Positions 1-9,737 of a stretch of 64,000 nt of DNA are shown here, in pieces; the stretch's first letter is position 1, and each line of letters starts with the position of its first letter. A program made the translations under genes and the position numbers. This DNA comes from Anaerolineae bacterium (GTDB lineage Bacteria; Chloroflexota; Anaerolineae; Aggregatilineales; J027), in contig JAIOHL010000333.1 in NCBI GenBank assembly GCA_019913005.1, positions 100,885-164,884 on the forward strand. Reading direction: 5' to 3'. The notes under the pieces were generated by a model that did no database searches, was not told the origin of the DNA, and worked only from the letters and a program-made list of their open reading frames with translations.

Positions 1-336
1 CGCATCCATCAGGAATATCACCCCAAAGCGATTTACATCACCGAAAATGGTGCGGCCTTTGATGACCCTCCACCGGACGGCCTGATTGTGGATGATCCGC
101 TACGTGAGAATTATCTAATTGATCACTTTGCCGCCGCCGAAAACGCGATTGATCAGGGCGTGCCGCTCAAAGGCTTTTTTGTGTGGAGTCTGATGGATAA
201 TTTTGAATGGGCCGAAGGGTTTAGCAAACGTTTTGGCCTTTACTACATCAATTATGAAAATCAGGCCCGCATCCCCAAGCGCAGCGCCCAATATTACAAA
301 CGAAAAATCGCCACCGAAAAAGGCCGCGCCATCTAA
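1..336 (+). CDS. Glycoside hydrolase family 1 (beta-glucosidase), C-terminal part; 5' end outside window
   Basis: Frame 1 is open from nt 1 (RIHQEYHPKAIYITENGAAFDD...). It carries the GH1 nucleophile motif ITENG and the C-terminal FVWSLMDNFEWAEGFSKRFGL block. Stop TAA at 334-336. The ORF track shows only the part after an internal Met (88..336). Confidence 0.9.
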   Translation, partial: RIHQEYHPKAIYITENGAAFDDPPPDGLIVDDPLRENYLIDHFAAAENAIDQGVPLKGFFVWSLMDNFEWAEGFSKRFGLYYINYENQARIPKRSAQYYKRKIATEKGRAI

Positions 337-338
337 AA

Positions 339-1139
339 ATGTCGAATACCGCCGCGTTTGACACCCTTGCCGCCGTGTATGACCGCGACTTTGCCGAAAG
401 TCCGGTCTCACGTTGGCTGCGGGAACGGGTCTGGTCATGGCTTGAACCGCGTTTCCAAACTGGCGATACCGCTTTTGAAATCGGGTGTGCCAGCGGGATA
501 GATGCGTTGTGGATGGCCCAACGCGGAGTCAAAGTCATCGCCGCCGACATCAGCCCGTTCATGCTGGAACAAACACAAGCCAAAGCCGAAGCCGCTAATC
601 TGGGCCATCTCGTGACACCCCTACTTTTTGATCTCAATCAGTTGCCGGAGTGGGATGGCGAACCCGTAGACGGGGTATACAGCAACTTTGGCCCGGTCAA
701 CTGCACCCGTGATTGGGCCGGGTTAGGGCGATTTTTGGCAAAGGCGGTTAAACCGGGGGGCTATGTCGGGTTAGGCATTATCTCCCCATTTTGCATGTGG
801 GAAACGCTCTGGCATGGCCTCCATCTGGATTTCCGCACCGCTTTTCGTCGGTTCAAACGCGAAACAATTGCCACCTTGCCGGGTGGGGGGACACTGCCGA
901 TTTATTACCCCTCACCCCGCCAATTTGCCCGCGCTTTCCAGCCCTATTTTGAATTTGAACGGGTACGTGGGTTAGGCGTATTTTTGCCTCCTAGCGATGC
1001 TTTTGGGGTGGTAGATAAACGCCCTCGAATCATGAAACCTTTAATTACCGCCGAAACCCGTCTGGCTGATTACTGGCCCTTCCGCACATGGACGGATCAC
1101 TATTGGATTGAATTTAGACGAACAGAAGATAAGTCATGA
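339..1139 (+). CDS. Class I SAM-dependent methyltransferase
   Basis: 266-aa ORF with a SAM-binding motif I-like FEIGCASGIDALWMAQRG followed by VIAADIS. It starts 3 nt after the GH1 stop, and its stop overlaps the next start (ATGA at 1136-1139). Confidence 0.75.
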   Translation: MSNTAAFDTLAAVYDRDFAESPVSRWLRERVWSWLEPRFQTGDTAFEIGCASGIDALWMAQRGVKVIAADISPFMLEQTQAKAEAANLGHLVTPLLFDLNQLPEWDGEPVDGVYSNFGPVNCTRDWAGLGRFLAKAVKPGGYVGLGIISPFCMWETLWHGLHLDFRTAFRRFKRETIATLPGGGTLPIYYPSPRQFARAFQPYFEFERVRGLGVFLPPSDAFGVVDKRPRIMKPLITAETRLADYWPFRTWTDHYWIEFRRTEDKS

Positions 1140-1843
1140 GTATTGAACTCTCTGATTATGTCTCGGCAGGTTACTACATCACCAAATACATGACACGCGG
1201 CGATTGGCAATCTGCCGGGTTGCTCCCCGAAAAACTTTTGAGTGTATCCCACTGCCTCGCAAAAATAGCGCCAATTGTTTACTGGGCCAATTCGCAGGAA
1301 GATTTTGACGCTTTTGGTATTCCCGACACCCTTCGACCAGAATTCGAACAGTGGTGTAGTGATAGGTTTGACATAGAAATTGGCTTTCCTGATGTCATCT
1401 ATCATCTCCAAACTGCCCGTGATTTCATCTCCCGCTTCATTCCTAAAAAGGAAGATATATTTCTACTTGGGGCGGGTTTGCACAAGGATTTTGTCGAACT
1501 ATTCCTAAATTTTGAGCAGCCTTTATTGAAGGAATACGCAAAGGATGAGCCTGAGCGCGGGCTGTCACATATCATTAGGCAAAGGTCGTCTGTGTTGGAT
1601 GGGGAAATCCTCGGCTATGAGGTCGTGTGCAGTGACTTCGGCGATATAAACCATTCTTGGCTGTGCAACGGTCTCGAAAAAGATGGATGGGAGCGATTTC
1701 AAATTCGGCCCAATCAATACGGCTTCATCGAAAGCTACGCTGAGGCGAAAACATTGACCGAATTTATCATGACCGACCCCGCGATATATGGCGAACCCGG
1801 CTTTTATATGCCGCTACTCATCATCAATTATCCATTGGAGTGA
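1136..1843 (+). CDS. Hypothetical protein (no recognisable domain)
   Basis: 235-aa ORF that is translationally coupled at both ends (ATGA at 1136, GTGA at 1840). It looks somewhat lower in GC than its neighbours by eye. No competing ORF. Confidence 0.5.
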   Translation: MSIELSDYVSAGYYITKYMTRGDWQSAGLLPEKLLSVSHCLAKIAPIVYWANSQEDFDAFGIPDTLRPEFEQWCSDRFDIEIGFPDVIYHLQTARDFISRFIPKKEDIFLLGAGLHKDFVELFLNFEQPLLKEYAKDEPERGLSHIIRQRSSVLDGEILGYEVVCSDFGDINHSWLCNGLEKDGWERFQIRPNQYGFIESYAEAKTLTEFIMTDPAIYGEPGFYMPLLIINYPLE

Positions 1844-2169
1844 CCCCTATGAGCGCCCAAGAACCTGAATTTTGTTATGTCACCACCACTGGTTGGAAGA
1901 GTGGGAAACCCCATGAAATCGAAATCTGGTTTGTCAGCAATGATGGAGCGTATTACATCGTGGCAGAGGGGCGTGAAAAAGCCCACTGGGTACAAAATAT
2001 CCGGCACAATCCGGTGATTTCCGTTCGTGTAGGTGATAAAACGTATCAAGGTAAGGGTCGGGTCATTGACCGCACCGACGAACCCGAACTCGCTGCCGCT
2101 GTCGCCGCCAAAATGGACGCCAAATATGAGTGGAGTGACGGCCTGATTGTCGAACTCCGGCCCGATTAA
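1840..2169 (+). CDS. Small PNPOx-like / deazaflavin-dependent nitroreductase family protein (DUF385-like)
   Basis: 109 aa. TTTGWKSGKPHEIEIWF...YYIVAEGREKAHWVQNIRHNP resembles the DUF385/F420H2-dependent reductase family as I remember it. GTG 1840 overlaps the upstream stop; ATG 1849 is an alternative start. Confidence 0.6.
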   Translation: MTPMSAQEPEFCYVTTTGWKSGKPHEIEIWFVSNDGAYYIVAEGREKAHWVQNIRHNPVISVRVGDKTYQGKGRVIDRTDEPELAAAVAAKMDAKYEWSDGLIVELRPD

Positions 2170-3056
2170 CCATCGGTTTTGGGAATAGGGGCGGCCTTAA
2201 ATCCACGTCCATAGGCCACATGACCCTGCCCAATGACCACAAACGCTTTAGGGTCAACAGCGAACACCAGATGGCGCAGCGTGGCGACTTGGGGACGGGC
2301 AATCGTCACGAACAAAACGGTGTGGGGTTGATCGGTAAACATGCCCATGCCTTCCCATGACGTGACCCCACGCCCCAATTGACCCAAAATCGCTTTGGAT
2401 ACTTCTTGTGGATAATCGGTCACAATTGTCACGGTACGAATGACACTTGGCCCTTCTAGCACATAATCCGCTACCATGCCACTGATAAATAGCGAAACAA
2501 TGGCATACATGGCGGCTTCCCACCCAAACACCAACCCCGCCATGCCGATAATCAGGGTATCGGTATACAGATAGGCGCTACTGAGGGGGATGCCCATTTT
2601 ATGCTGCAAAATCCGCGAGAGAGTGGCTGTGCCCCCCGCCGTTGCCCCTGCGCCATAAATGAGGCCGCTGCCAATTCCGCCGACAATCCCGCCAAAAATC
2701 GCATTGAGCAAATCATTCTCGCTGACGCCATGTGTCGAAACAAAGGCAGGCAAAATATCGACTGAGGTGCTGAAAATGACCACCGAGAAAATCGTGCTGA
2801 TAATGAGCCAGCTTCCCCCCAGCACCCGATAGGCAAAAATCTGGATAGGGATGTTAAAAATTAGGGTCATAATCCCGACAGGTGTGCCGATGACCTCATG
2901 CAAAATGATGGCGATGCCGGAAACACCCCCTGGCGCAATTTGTGAGGGAATGAGGAACACAATCACCCCGATGGCGCTGATAATCGTGCCAATCGCCGTT
3001 TGTAACAAACGCCAACCGGATGCAAAGCCGCCTAGTCGTTGAAGTAGGTTTGTCAC
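2166..3056 (-). CDS. YitT-family membrane protein (DUF161/DUF2179 type)
   Basis: 296 aa with multiple glycine-rich TM helices, followed by a soluble C-terminal domain (TIVTDYPQEVSKAILGQLGRGVTSWEGMGMF...TVLFVTIARPQV) typical of YitT. Its stop overlaps the convergent DUF385 stop within TTAA (2166-2169). Confidence 0.75.
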   Translation of the reverse strand: MTNLLQRLGGFASGWRLLQTAIGTIISAIGVIVFLIPSQIAPGGVSGIAIILHEVIGTPVGIMTLIFNIPIQIFAYRVLGGSWLIISTIFSVVIFSTSVDILPAFVSTHGVSENDLLNAIFGGIVGGIGSGLIYGAGATAGGTATLSRILQHKMGIPLSSAYLYTDTLIIGMAGLVFGWEAAMYAIVSLFISGMVADYVLEGPSVIRTVTIVTDYPQEVSKAILGQLGRGVTSWEGMGMFTDQPHTVLFVTIARPQVATLRHLVFAVDPKAFVVIGQGHVAYGRGFKAAPIPKTDG

Positions 3057-3079
3057 AACGCCCTCGTTTCAGTGGTGTC

Positions 3080-4228
3080 TCAAGATGAACTTGCGTCTAA
3101 TTGTAATCCCGGCTCGTGTAAAGTACAGCGGCGCACCCGCTCTACCAATTTTTTCGCCATCAATTTTCCCCGCCCATCCAATATCACCCGTTCAAATTGG
3201 CCGGGAAACTGCCGGACTAATTCGGGGTCGCCGATCATGACCTGCCCCCGGCGCATCACCAATGATAAATCGGCTCGCCTAGCACTCGTCAATGCCTTAT
3301 CAGGATTATCATGGTAGGGCAGTACAATCAAATCCGCCGATTGTCCCTTTTTTAAACTGCCGCCCTCTTTTAACTTCAGTATCTGTCGGGGGTATTCGGT
3401 CACCATCGCTACAAGAGTTGCTGCGTCTACTTGGCCTGTTGCATAAGCGGCCCTCAACTCATCCAACAAGTCCCCATCCGCCGTCAAGCGTGAATCGCTG
3501 CCAATCGCTACCCGCCCAGTTTGTGCCCACTGCTGCATGGCGGCAGTTTTGCCCAGTAGATAAAGATTGGTGGAGGGACACCATACCAACCTTGCGCCGC
3601 GTTCAATTGCTAACTGGGTATCGGCGTCAGTCAATCCCACGCCATGAATCAAGACGGTGTTTGACCCAATCACTCCCAATTGATTGAGTTCGCCAAATTC
3701 ACCTGCTGCAATTTCGTCTGTGCCTTCCGCCGCATGAATCATCCAGACTTGTCGCCGCGCTTTGTGATAACTCCATTGAATTTCCTCAACAGGGGTCAAA
3801 TAGAGCGAATGTGACCACTTATATTTTTTCACCACCCACACTGGGAAATCCCATCTTTTTAGTGGAGGATGCAGTGGATTATGATGCGCTACTGTCGTCA
3901 CACCCGATAGTAGATTTTTCAAGCCGCCGATAAAACAGCGATCTGCAAGGGGGGCCGTGCGTAATTCGAGATAGGGGGAGGAGTTGAGGTGCTGCGAAAC
4001 ATCATCACTCCACTCACGAGCATTGGGGTAGACGTCTCGAAATTTGGTACGCGGAAAATGATTTAGCTCAAGATGGTCATGGGCATTGATTAGGCCGGGA
4101 TAGACCGTGTAACCCGTCAAATCAATCGAAATCTGATGGTGGGATGTAGCAGCTTGTAGGAAAACACCCCGGCGATTATCTATCACCAGCGACCCATCAT
4201 TTGTCAGCAAAACGAGTTGTGTCATCAA
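3080..4228 (-). CDS. Amidohydrolase-superfamily metal-dependent hydrolase
   Basis: 382 aa with the N-terminal metal-binding motif GLINAHDHLELN and later HAAEG and SDS motifs typical of the amidohydrolase fold. Confidence 0.7.
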   Translation of the reverse strand: MMTQLVLLTNDGSLVIDNRRGVFLQAATSHHQISIDLTGYTVYPGLINAHDHLELNHFPRTKFRDVYPNAREWSDDVSQHLNSSPYLELRTAPLADRCFIGGLKNLLSGVTTVAHHNPLHPPLKRWDFPVWVVKKYKWSHSLYLTPVEEIQWSYHKARRQVWMIHAAEGTDEIAAGEFGELNQLGVIGSNTVLIHGVGLTDADTQLAIERGARLVWCPSTNLYLLGKTAAMQQWAQTGRVAIGSDSRLTADGDLLDELRAAYATGQVDAATLVAMVTEYPRQILKLKEGGSLKKGQSADLIVLPYHDNPDKALTSARRADLSLVMRRGQVMIGDPELVRQFPGQFERVILDGRGKLMAKKLVERVRRCTLHEPGLQLDASSS

Positions 4229-4303
4229 ACGAAAACCTTGCTACCCAGTATCCACGCGCTACAGTATACTCTGGAAAATTTGATGCGCTGAGGAGTGCCT
4301 TTC

Positions 4304-4720
4304 GTGAAAAAGTATTTCTTCATCTCTGGAATGATGATTTTATTGGTGATTTTGACGGCGTGTGGTTTAGTCAATGCAAAGGTTGAACGCGCCTATCTTG
4401 CCAGCGACCAAAACGGTGCTAATCGAACGGATACCTTTGAACGCGACAGTATTTTTTATCTATTTGTCGAAGTCAAAAACGCCGATGACGATACCGAATT
4501 AAAAGCCGTGTGGACGTTGGTAGAAACCGGCGGCGAAACTTTGAATACCCGCCTTGACGAAACCATCATCAAGACAGGCAGCGGCACCATCACCTTTAGC
4601 CTCGATAGCGATACCGATTGGCAGGGTGGCAAATATCAGGTGGAACTGTATCTCAATGACGAAAAACAAGAGACGTTTACCTTCACCGTCCCCGAACCCG
4701 CCACTGATGTCTTTGGATGA
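4304..4720 (+). CDS. Putative lipoprotein, unknown function
   Basis: GTG 4304 lies 9 nt after AGGAG; the track start is 4295. The signal peptide KKYFFISGMMILLVILTAC has a lipobox LTAC-G. The mature part looks beta-rich. Confidence 0.6.
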   Translation: MKKYFFISGMMILLVILTACGLVNAKVERAYLASDQNGANRTDTFERDSIFYLFVEVKNADDDTELKAVWTLVETGGETLNTRLDETIIKTGSGTITFSLDSDTDWQGGKYQVELYLNDEKQETFTFTVPEPATDVFG

Positions 4721-6685
4721 TTATTGCAGCGTCAGAGTGGTCAATAGATAGGCATTGTTGGCATCGGCTTGACCCGGAATTAGGCGGGTATAGGGTGGGT
4801 CAAGTTCATACAAGGCTACAATTAAAGTATATATTCCGGTTGCGGCGTCCTGTTTGACCACAATCCCATGATTATCGGTAATGGTCTGCCCCGCCTGCCA
4901 TGTGGTCGTGATGGCCCGTCCGTTGGCGGGTTCGCTGTCATGCTGCGAGGCCAGCGTGCCATCGGGGTTTAATAGCTGCACCGTCACCTTATACCGTTTT
5001 TCCAATGGGGCGTCTGTCCGCCAAAACAATGTCACCCCTAACACATCCCCCGGCAAAATTTGTTGACCCGTCCCATCCGTTGAGAGGGCATAACCGACTA
5101 GCGTGATCTGATCGCCAAAGGGCATATTCACCACTTGTGATGGTTCGGCGGGTGGGGCATCCAAAACGGCATATTGTACTAATTCGACATCGGTAATCCA
5201 CTGCCGTCCAATGACATATGCCCCCTCGTCCAGCGTGGTTTCTACAATGCCGTTCGGGTCGCGCTCATTTTGCCCCCACAGCACGACATAAATCCGCTGA
5301 TAATCGGCGATTAAATCATGGGTAGCCTGTCGCGTGGCAGCATCATCCCCGCCTAATCCTTTGGGTAAACCAAACACCGGGGCATTACCGTGATAATAAT
5401 AATCAAACGCTTCAATCTGATTGGGGGCGTTTAAGATAATAGCATCCCCATCGTGTGCATTTTCGGTCAGCAGTTCGGCAATCCGCCGATAATCGCTGCG
5501 GGCATAAGTATCGTCGTGATACATCGGGCTGAGATTTTGAATATTGGGAATAATCATGAGCAACGAAAGAGCCACTGCACTGCCCCAACGCACGACCAAC
5601 CGATAGGGGGTATTGTGTACAGTCCCACTCATCACCGCCCCAATGCGTTCCAAACTGCGACCCAGCATCAACGCAACCGCCATTTGAGCAGGGACTAAAA
5701 ATTTCAGATTGGCTTCACGGTAGGCCCCCGATAGCAGCAGTGCCCCAATGCTGAGTCCACTCCAAATCAGCGGCAGGCTCACCCGCCACAACACCGAGGG
5801 TCGTTCGGCCCCGGCACGGCGATCCGGCAGCAGCACCCCCAAAACGAGTAACCCGATGGGTAAAACATAGGCGAATGTGGAAAGATTGGTCGCGGTTTGT
5901 CCATAGATCAACAGCGTAAAAACCCGATCAGCGCGGTCTATCAAATCGCTTTGGTCGCCTGCTTGGGGCCATGAAGTAATCTGTTTATAGGCTGTCGGCA
6001 GCCACGACTGGAAAAACATCAGCGTAATCACATTGAGGACGATATAGACATTCCGGGCACGCGGATCTCGGCGCGGAATCCACCACCACAAAAACACCAC
6101 GCCCTGTGCAATCATGGTAAACGGATAGGTGTAGTGGTTGTATAGGCCGACGGTGTTGATAATCATGAGCCAGATGGCCCAAGGGGCGATATGGAAAGCA
6201 AATTGATTGGGGCGATTTTCGGCGCGGTGGTGGTCACTGGCGTGCAGCATCTTGACCAGCACCCAAAAACTTAAGACGCTCAATGCTCCCAATTGGGCAT
6301 ACATGCGCGTCTCTTGAGAGTAGTACACCACAAAGGGGTTCGCCGCGACCAGTGCCGCCGCAATGCTGGCTGCGAGTGGGCCATACAAGCGCCGACCCAA
6401 CCCATACGTTCCCGCTACCGCCAACAAGCCCCAAAACGCCGAGAACGAGCGCAGGCCATATTCAGTTTTACCCGCAAAAAACATCCACCATTTTAAGCCG
6501 ATATAATAACCGGGAGGGTGAATATCCCGACTGCTGGCTTCGACCAAAGAGGGAATCGAGCGTTCGGCAAGGCGCAAGCTGTTGCCCTCATCATGCCACA
6601 GGGATTGGGCCTCTAGTAAATGAAAACGCCAGAAACCCGCCGCCAACAAAATCAGCACGGGAAGCCAGCGGATGACCCGATTCAT
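4721..6685 (-). CDS. GT-C fold glycosyltransferase, family 39 / ArnT-PMT-like, with extracytoplasmic C-terminal domain
   Basis: 654 aa with more than 10 predicted TM helices. The first-loop acidic motif WHDEGNS is typical of GT-C enzymes, and the C-terminal half is soluble. Its start overlaps the upstream stop (6682-6685). Confidence 0.7.
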   Translation of the reverse strand: MNRVIRWLPVLILLAAGFWRFHLLEAQSLWHDEGNSLRLAERSIPSLVEASSRDIHPPGYYIGLKWWMFFAGKTEYGLRSFSAFWGLLAVAGTYGLGRRLYGPLAASIAAALVAANPFVVYYSQETRMYAQLGALSVLSFWVLVKMLHASDHHRAENRPNQFAFHIAPWAIWLMIINTVGLYNHYTYPFTMIAQGVVFLWWWIPRRDPRARNVYIVLNVITLMFFQSWLPTAYKQITSWPQAGDQSDLIDRADRVFTLLIYGQTATNLSTFAYVLPIGLLVLGVLLPDRRAGAERPSVLWRVSLPLIWSGLSIGALLLSGAYREANLKFLVPAQMAVALMLGRSLERIGAVMSGTVHNTPYRLVVRWGSAVALSLLMIIPNIQNLSPMYHDDTYARSDYRRIAELLTENAHDGDAIILNAPNQIEAFDYYYHGNAPVFGLPKGLGGDDAATRQATHDLIADYQRIYVVLWGQNERDPNGIVETTLDEGAYVIGRQWITDVELVQYAVLDAPPAEPSQVVNMPFGDQITLVGYALSTDGTGQQILPGDVLGVTLFWRTDAPLEKRYKVTVQLLNPDGTLASQHDSEPANGRAITTTWQAGQTITDNHGIVVKQDAATGIYTLIVALYELDPPYTRLIPGQADANNAYLLTTLTLQ

Positions 6686-8139
6686 AGGCGCTCCAATCGC
6701 TTCATCACCGCATCACCCATCACCGCCCCCGCAAATAACACCGCCAAGCCAGCGATGAGCACCTGTGGCAGGCGTTCACGGGCTTTGGTCGGCCATGCTT
6801 TATCGGGATGCTGCCATTCGCCGGATTGAATATAGTCTTGCAGACTGTAATAAATCGGCGTGGGTGTCCAATCCGGTTCTACGATGCGGAAATAATACCA
6901 GCTTTGATTAGCCTCGCTCTCACTGGGGCGCTTCAAAAACCAATAACTCATCACGCCGATATAGGGCCATTCTTCACGGGCACGTTCATAGGCCAGTGGT
7001 GCCCATTCCGCCGCCTGTTCCATTGTCACCTGCCCATACGTCTCCAAGCCGGAAATGTTGGGGTCATCTGGTACAGGATTCCAAGCGATTTCACTCAGCC
7101 AAATCGGTTTATGGGCCTCCCCATTGGCGACCATAATATCCCGCAGCCATTGATGGCGGGCAAAATTCATGGTAAAGGGGCGCATCCGGCGATCCGTTGG
7201 GCCACTAAATAGGCCATAACCCTGTGCGCTGAGAATATCAAAACAACGGCCTGCCCCTAAATCATAGAGGCGCTGCAAAAACAGCAAATCAAAAGCATCC
7301 CGTCCGGTGTGATCAACGGTTGGGCCAATCGCCCCTGTCAAAACGACGATATTCGGGTCAATTGTTTTGAGGGCATCATGGGTACGGCACAGCAAATCGG
7401 CATATCCTTCCGGGCTGATTAACTGGTCACCCCATTCAGGATAGAGGTTCGGTTCGTTCCAAATCTGATAATGGGTGATACGCCCTTGATACCGTTCTGC
7501 CAATGTCACCGCGAAATCCACAAAATCTTGAATATTGGCGGGTGGGCCATGCGATTGACTGGTCGGTAATGGCAATGTCCAAGGCGGGGTGGGGCTGCTG
7601 ATTCGAGCGATAATCTCGACGTTATATTGGTCAGCCAAATCCACAATATGGTCGTATTTATCCCAACTCGAAATATAGTCGGCTTCATTGACCACCCCGT
7701 CGAAATTCCGATCATTGCGCCGATCTATGAAATCTTCTTTGGCGTCAATCTCAATATCTTCCCATGCAAATTGTTGACGCAGCCAGCCAAAACCTGCCTC
7801 CGCAATTAATCGCATCGCATGTTCGCGCTTTTCCGGTTCGGCCTCTTGTTCAAGGAAAGCATTAATGCCAAATGGATTTTCGGGTAGATTTTCAATCGAG
7901 GCGTTTTTTTCGAGGTGGGGCATCGCACGTGTGCCATTGGCGAGATATTGTAGACCCCCCAATAGCTGTGCCCCCGGTTCCGTTTCACCCGTTACATTCC
8001 ACAGCAAATCTGCCACGAGGCCATCATTTTCGAGATCAAGCCACAGGGCCGCTGTGCCAATGATGAATGCAATCAGCCCCGCGCCCAATGTGCGGAGCGA
8101 AAATCCAAATAGTCGAAGGGTAGTCAGTTTTGTTCGCAT
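6682..8139 (-). CDS. Membrane-anchored glycoside hydrolase, (beta/alpha)8 clan GH-A like (GH5-like)
   Basis: 485 aa with an N-terminal TM anchor, the clan GH-A acid/base motif QIWNEPN, and a C-terminal TM helix. Confidence 0.6.
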   Translation of the reverse strand: MRTKLTTLRLFGFSLRTLGAGLIAFIIGTAALWLDLENDGLVADLLWNVTGETEPGAQLLGGLQYLANGTRAMPHLEKNASIENLPENPFGINAFLEQEAEPEKREHAMRLIAEAGFGWLRQQFAWEDIEIDAKEDFIDRRNDRNFDGVVNEADYISSWDKYDHIVDLADQYNVEIIARISSPTPPWTLPLPTSQSHGPPANIQDFVDFAVTLAERYQGRITHYQIWNEPNLYPEWGDQLISPEGYADLLCRTHDALKTIDPNIVVLTGAIGPTVDHTGRDAFDLLFLQRLYDLGAGRCFDILSAQGYGLFSGPTDRRMRPFTMNFARHQWLRDIMVANGEAHKPIWLSEIAWNPVPDDPNISGLETYGQVTMEQAAEWAPLAYERAREEWPYIGVMSYWFLKRPSESEANQSWYYFRIVEPDWTPTPIYYSLQDYIQSGEWQHPDKAWPTKARERLPQVLIAGLAVLFAGAVMGDAVMKRLERL

Positions 8140-8148
8140 GAGGCGAAA

Positions 8149-9270
8149 TTATAGCCAACTGCGCCGCTTGAAGTAAAATGCCAGCGACGCACCGACCATC
8201 AGCATCAGTGTTAAGGCAAATGGATAGCCCCAATACCAGCGTAGTTCTGGCATATTTAACGGAGATGTATCAGGATCAAAATTCATGCCATACACCCCGG
8301 CGATAAAGGTCAAGGGCAGGAAAATCGTCGAGATCAACGTCAAGGTCTTCATGACATCGTTGGTGCGATTGGCGATACTGGAGAGATAGACATCTTGCAA
8401 ATCGGCACACACTTCCCGATAGACCTCCACCAAATCCATCACCTTGATGGCATGGTCATAACAATCGCGCAGATAGTGACGGATTTGCTCATCTTCAAAT
8501 TCGGGTGCGTCGTGAAATAGAGAGTTAATCGCGTCCCGCAAGGGCCATATCGCCCGTCGCAGAACTAATAGATCGCGTTTAATCGAGTGAAGTTGAGCGA
8601 TTGTCTGCCGATCCGGGCGGAGCAGCAGCAAATCTTCAATTTCTTCCAAACGCTCCCCATATCTTTCCAGCACGGGGAAATAGGCATCAATCACCGCGTC
8701 CAACAAGGCATATACTAAATAGTTTGGCCCACTTTGGCGCAGACGGTCAAGACTTTTGCGGATGCGATTGCGGACTGGATTGAGGCAGTCACCCGGATGC
8801 GATTCTTGAAAGGTGAGGACAAAATTTTTGCCCAAAAAGATATTCAACTGTTCATTGGTAAGGTCACTTCCATGTGCCACCATCCGTGCCACAATAAACA
8901 AATATTGGTCATACCGTTCGACTTTGGCCTGTTCGTTTGCTAGTACCACATCTTCGAGCGCCAATTCGCCCAATCCAAAAATCTGCCCGACTTTTTTGAC
9001 TAATTCAGGCGTGCCCAAGCCATCTACATTGACCCAAAGCACGGGCCATTTGCCCAAATAATCCCGAATAGTGGCGGGGTCGTTGCGGTGGTGTTCCTCA
9101 AACTTGGTCGCATTATAGGCGATTAATTGAATGTTGGAGGGGCCAGTGCTAGGCAAATCATCAGGGATACCGGGCGGTGCCCCGACCTCCGTCGTCGGAA
9201 TCTGCAACGTTTGGGTCATCCGCTTACGGGGGTTTGGGTTTTCGGGTGCGGGGGTCTCGGTGGCTGTCAT
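8149..9270 (-). CDS. corA: Magnesium/cobalt transporter CorA
   Basis: 373 aa with the signature YGMNF (GVYGMNF) between two C-terminal TM helices and a large cytoplasmic N-terminal domain. Confidence 0.9.
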   Translation of the reverse strand: MTATETPAPENPNPRKRMTQTLQIPTTEVGAPPGIPDDLPSTGPSNIQLIAYNATKFEEHHRNDPATIRDYLGKWPVLWVNVDGLGTPELVKKVGQIFGLGELALEDVVLANEQAKVERYDQYLFIVARMVAHGSDLTNEQLNIFLGKNFVLTFQESHPGDCLNPVRNRIRKSLDRLRQSGPNYLVYALLDAVIDAYFPVLERYGERLEEIEDLLLLRPDRQTIAQLHSIKRDLLVLRRAIWPLRDAINSLFHDAPEFEDEQIRHYLRDCYDHAIKVMDLVEVYREVCADLQDVYLSSIANRTNDVMKTLTLISTIFLPLTFIAGVYGMNFDPDTSPLNMPELRWYWGYPFALTLMLMVGASLAFYFKRRSWL

Positions 9271-9495
9271 AAGAATGTCCCTTCTTCGGAATAATTGCCG
9301 ACTGTCATTTTACACCTGTCCCTCTTTCCGAAAAATCCTGCACTTAGCTTTCCACGATTCTTGAGAATGGTTGGCGGTGACGATGCCGTGACGGTTACGT
9401 AACGCCTGACTGATACGATGAATGAACTGATTTCACTATGAAAATCAGTTAAGTTCTGACTCTCACGTGAGGCGGTTACATGCACGTTTGTCCAA

Positions 9496-9524
9496 TTGAC
9501 CCAAATTGCTTGTGTCCATCTACT
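9496..9524 (+). promoter_or_regulatory. Candidate sigma70-type promoter of the lysC leader
   Basis: TTGACC (9496-9501), a 17-nt spacer, then TCTACT (9519-9524). It would give a leader of about 250 nt before the lysC ATG at 9779. Confidence 0.35.
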
Positions 9525-9696
9525 ACCTGTGTTATCCTGTTTCCAATCCATATTCAGCAGAGATTGATATTCTGTGAAAATTTTCGGCCTCACTTGCACC
9601 ACGATGATGATTTCGACTACCGGTATGGGTACCGGCATATTGTGCTTCAGGTCGCAGGATGTGAGAGCCTAAAGTCTCTAAACCAAACGAAATCCC

Positions 9697-9737
9697 ACAA
9701 ACGCGACGTGAAGCACTCTCAACCACGTCGCGTTTGT
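9697..9737 (+). terminator. Perfect 14-bp hairpin just upstream of the lysC RBS (candidate attenuator terminator)
   Basis: ACAAACGCGACGTG (9697-9710) pairs with CACGTCGCGTTTGT (9724-9737) around a 13-nt loop. The 3' arm runs into TTTGTTGCT. It sits 42 nt before the lysC ATG, and no gene ends here. Confidence 0.55.

Noticed and set aside
9531-9700. A lysine riboswitch (L-box) or T-box in the lysC leader.
   Set aside because: I could not find the L-box core elements I remember (AGAGGUGC..., GCCGAAG, UGAAAGGGG). GGGUACCGGC (9627-9636) only partially resembles the T-box GGGUGGUACCGCG, and it lies about 60 nt from the terminator arm rather than overlapping it. A covariance-model scan is needed to settle this.
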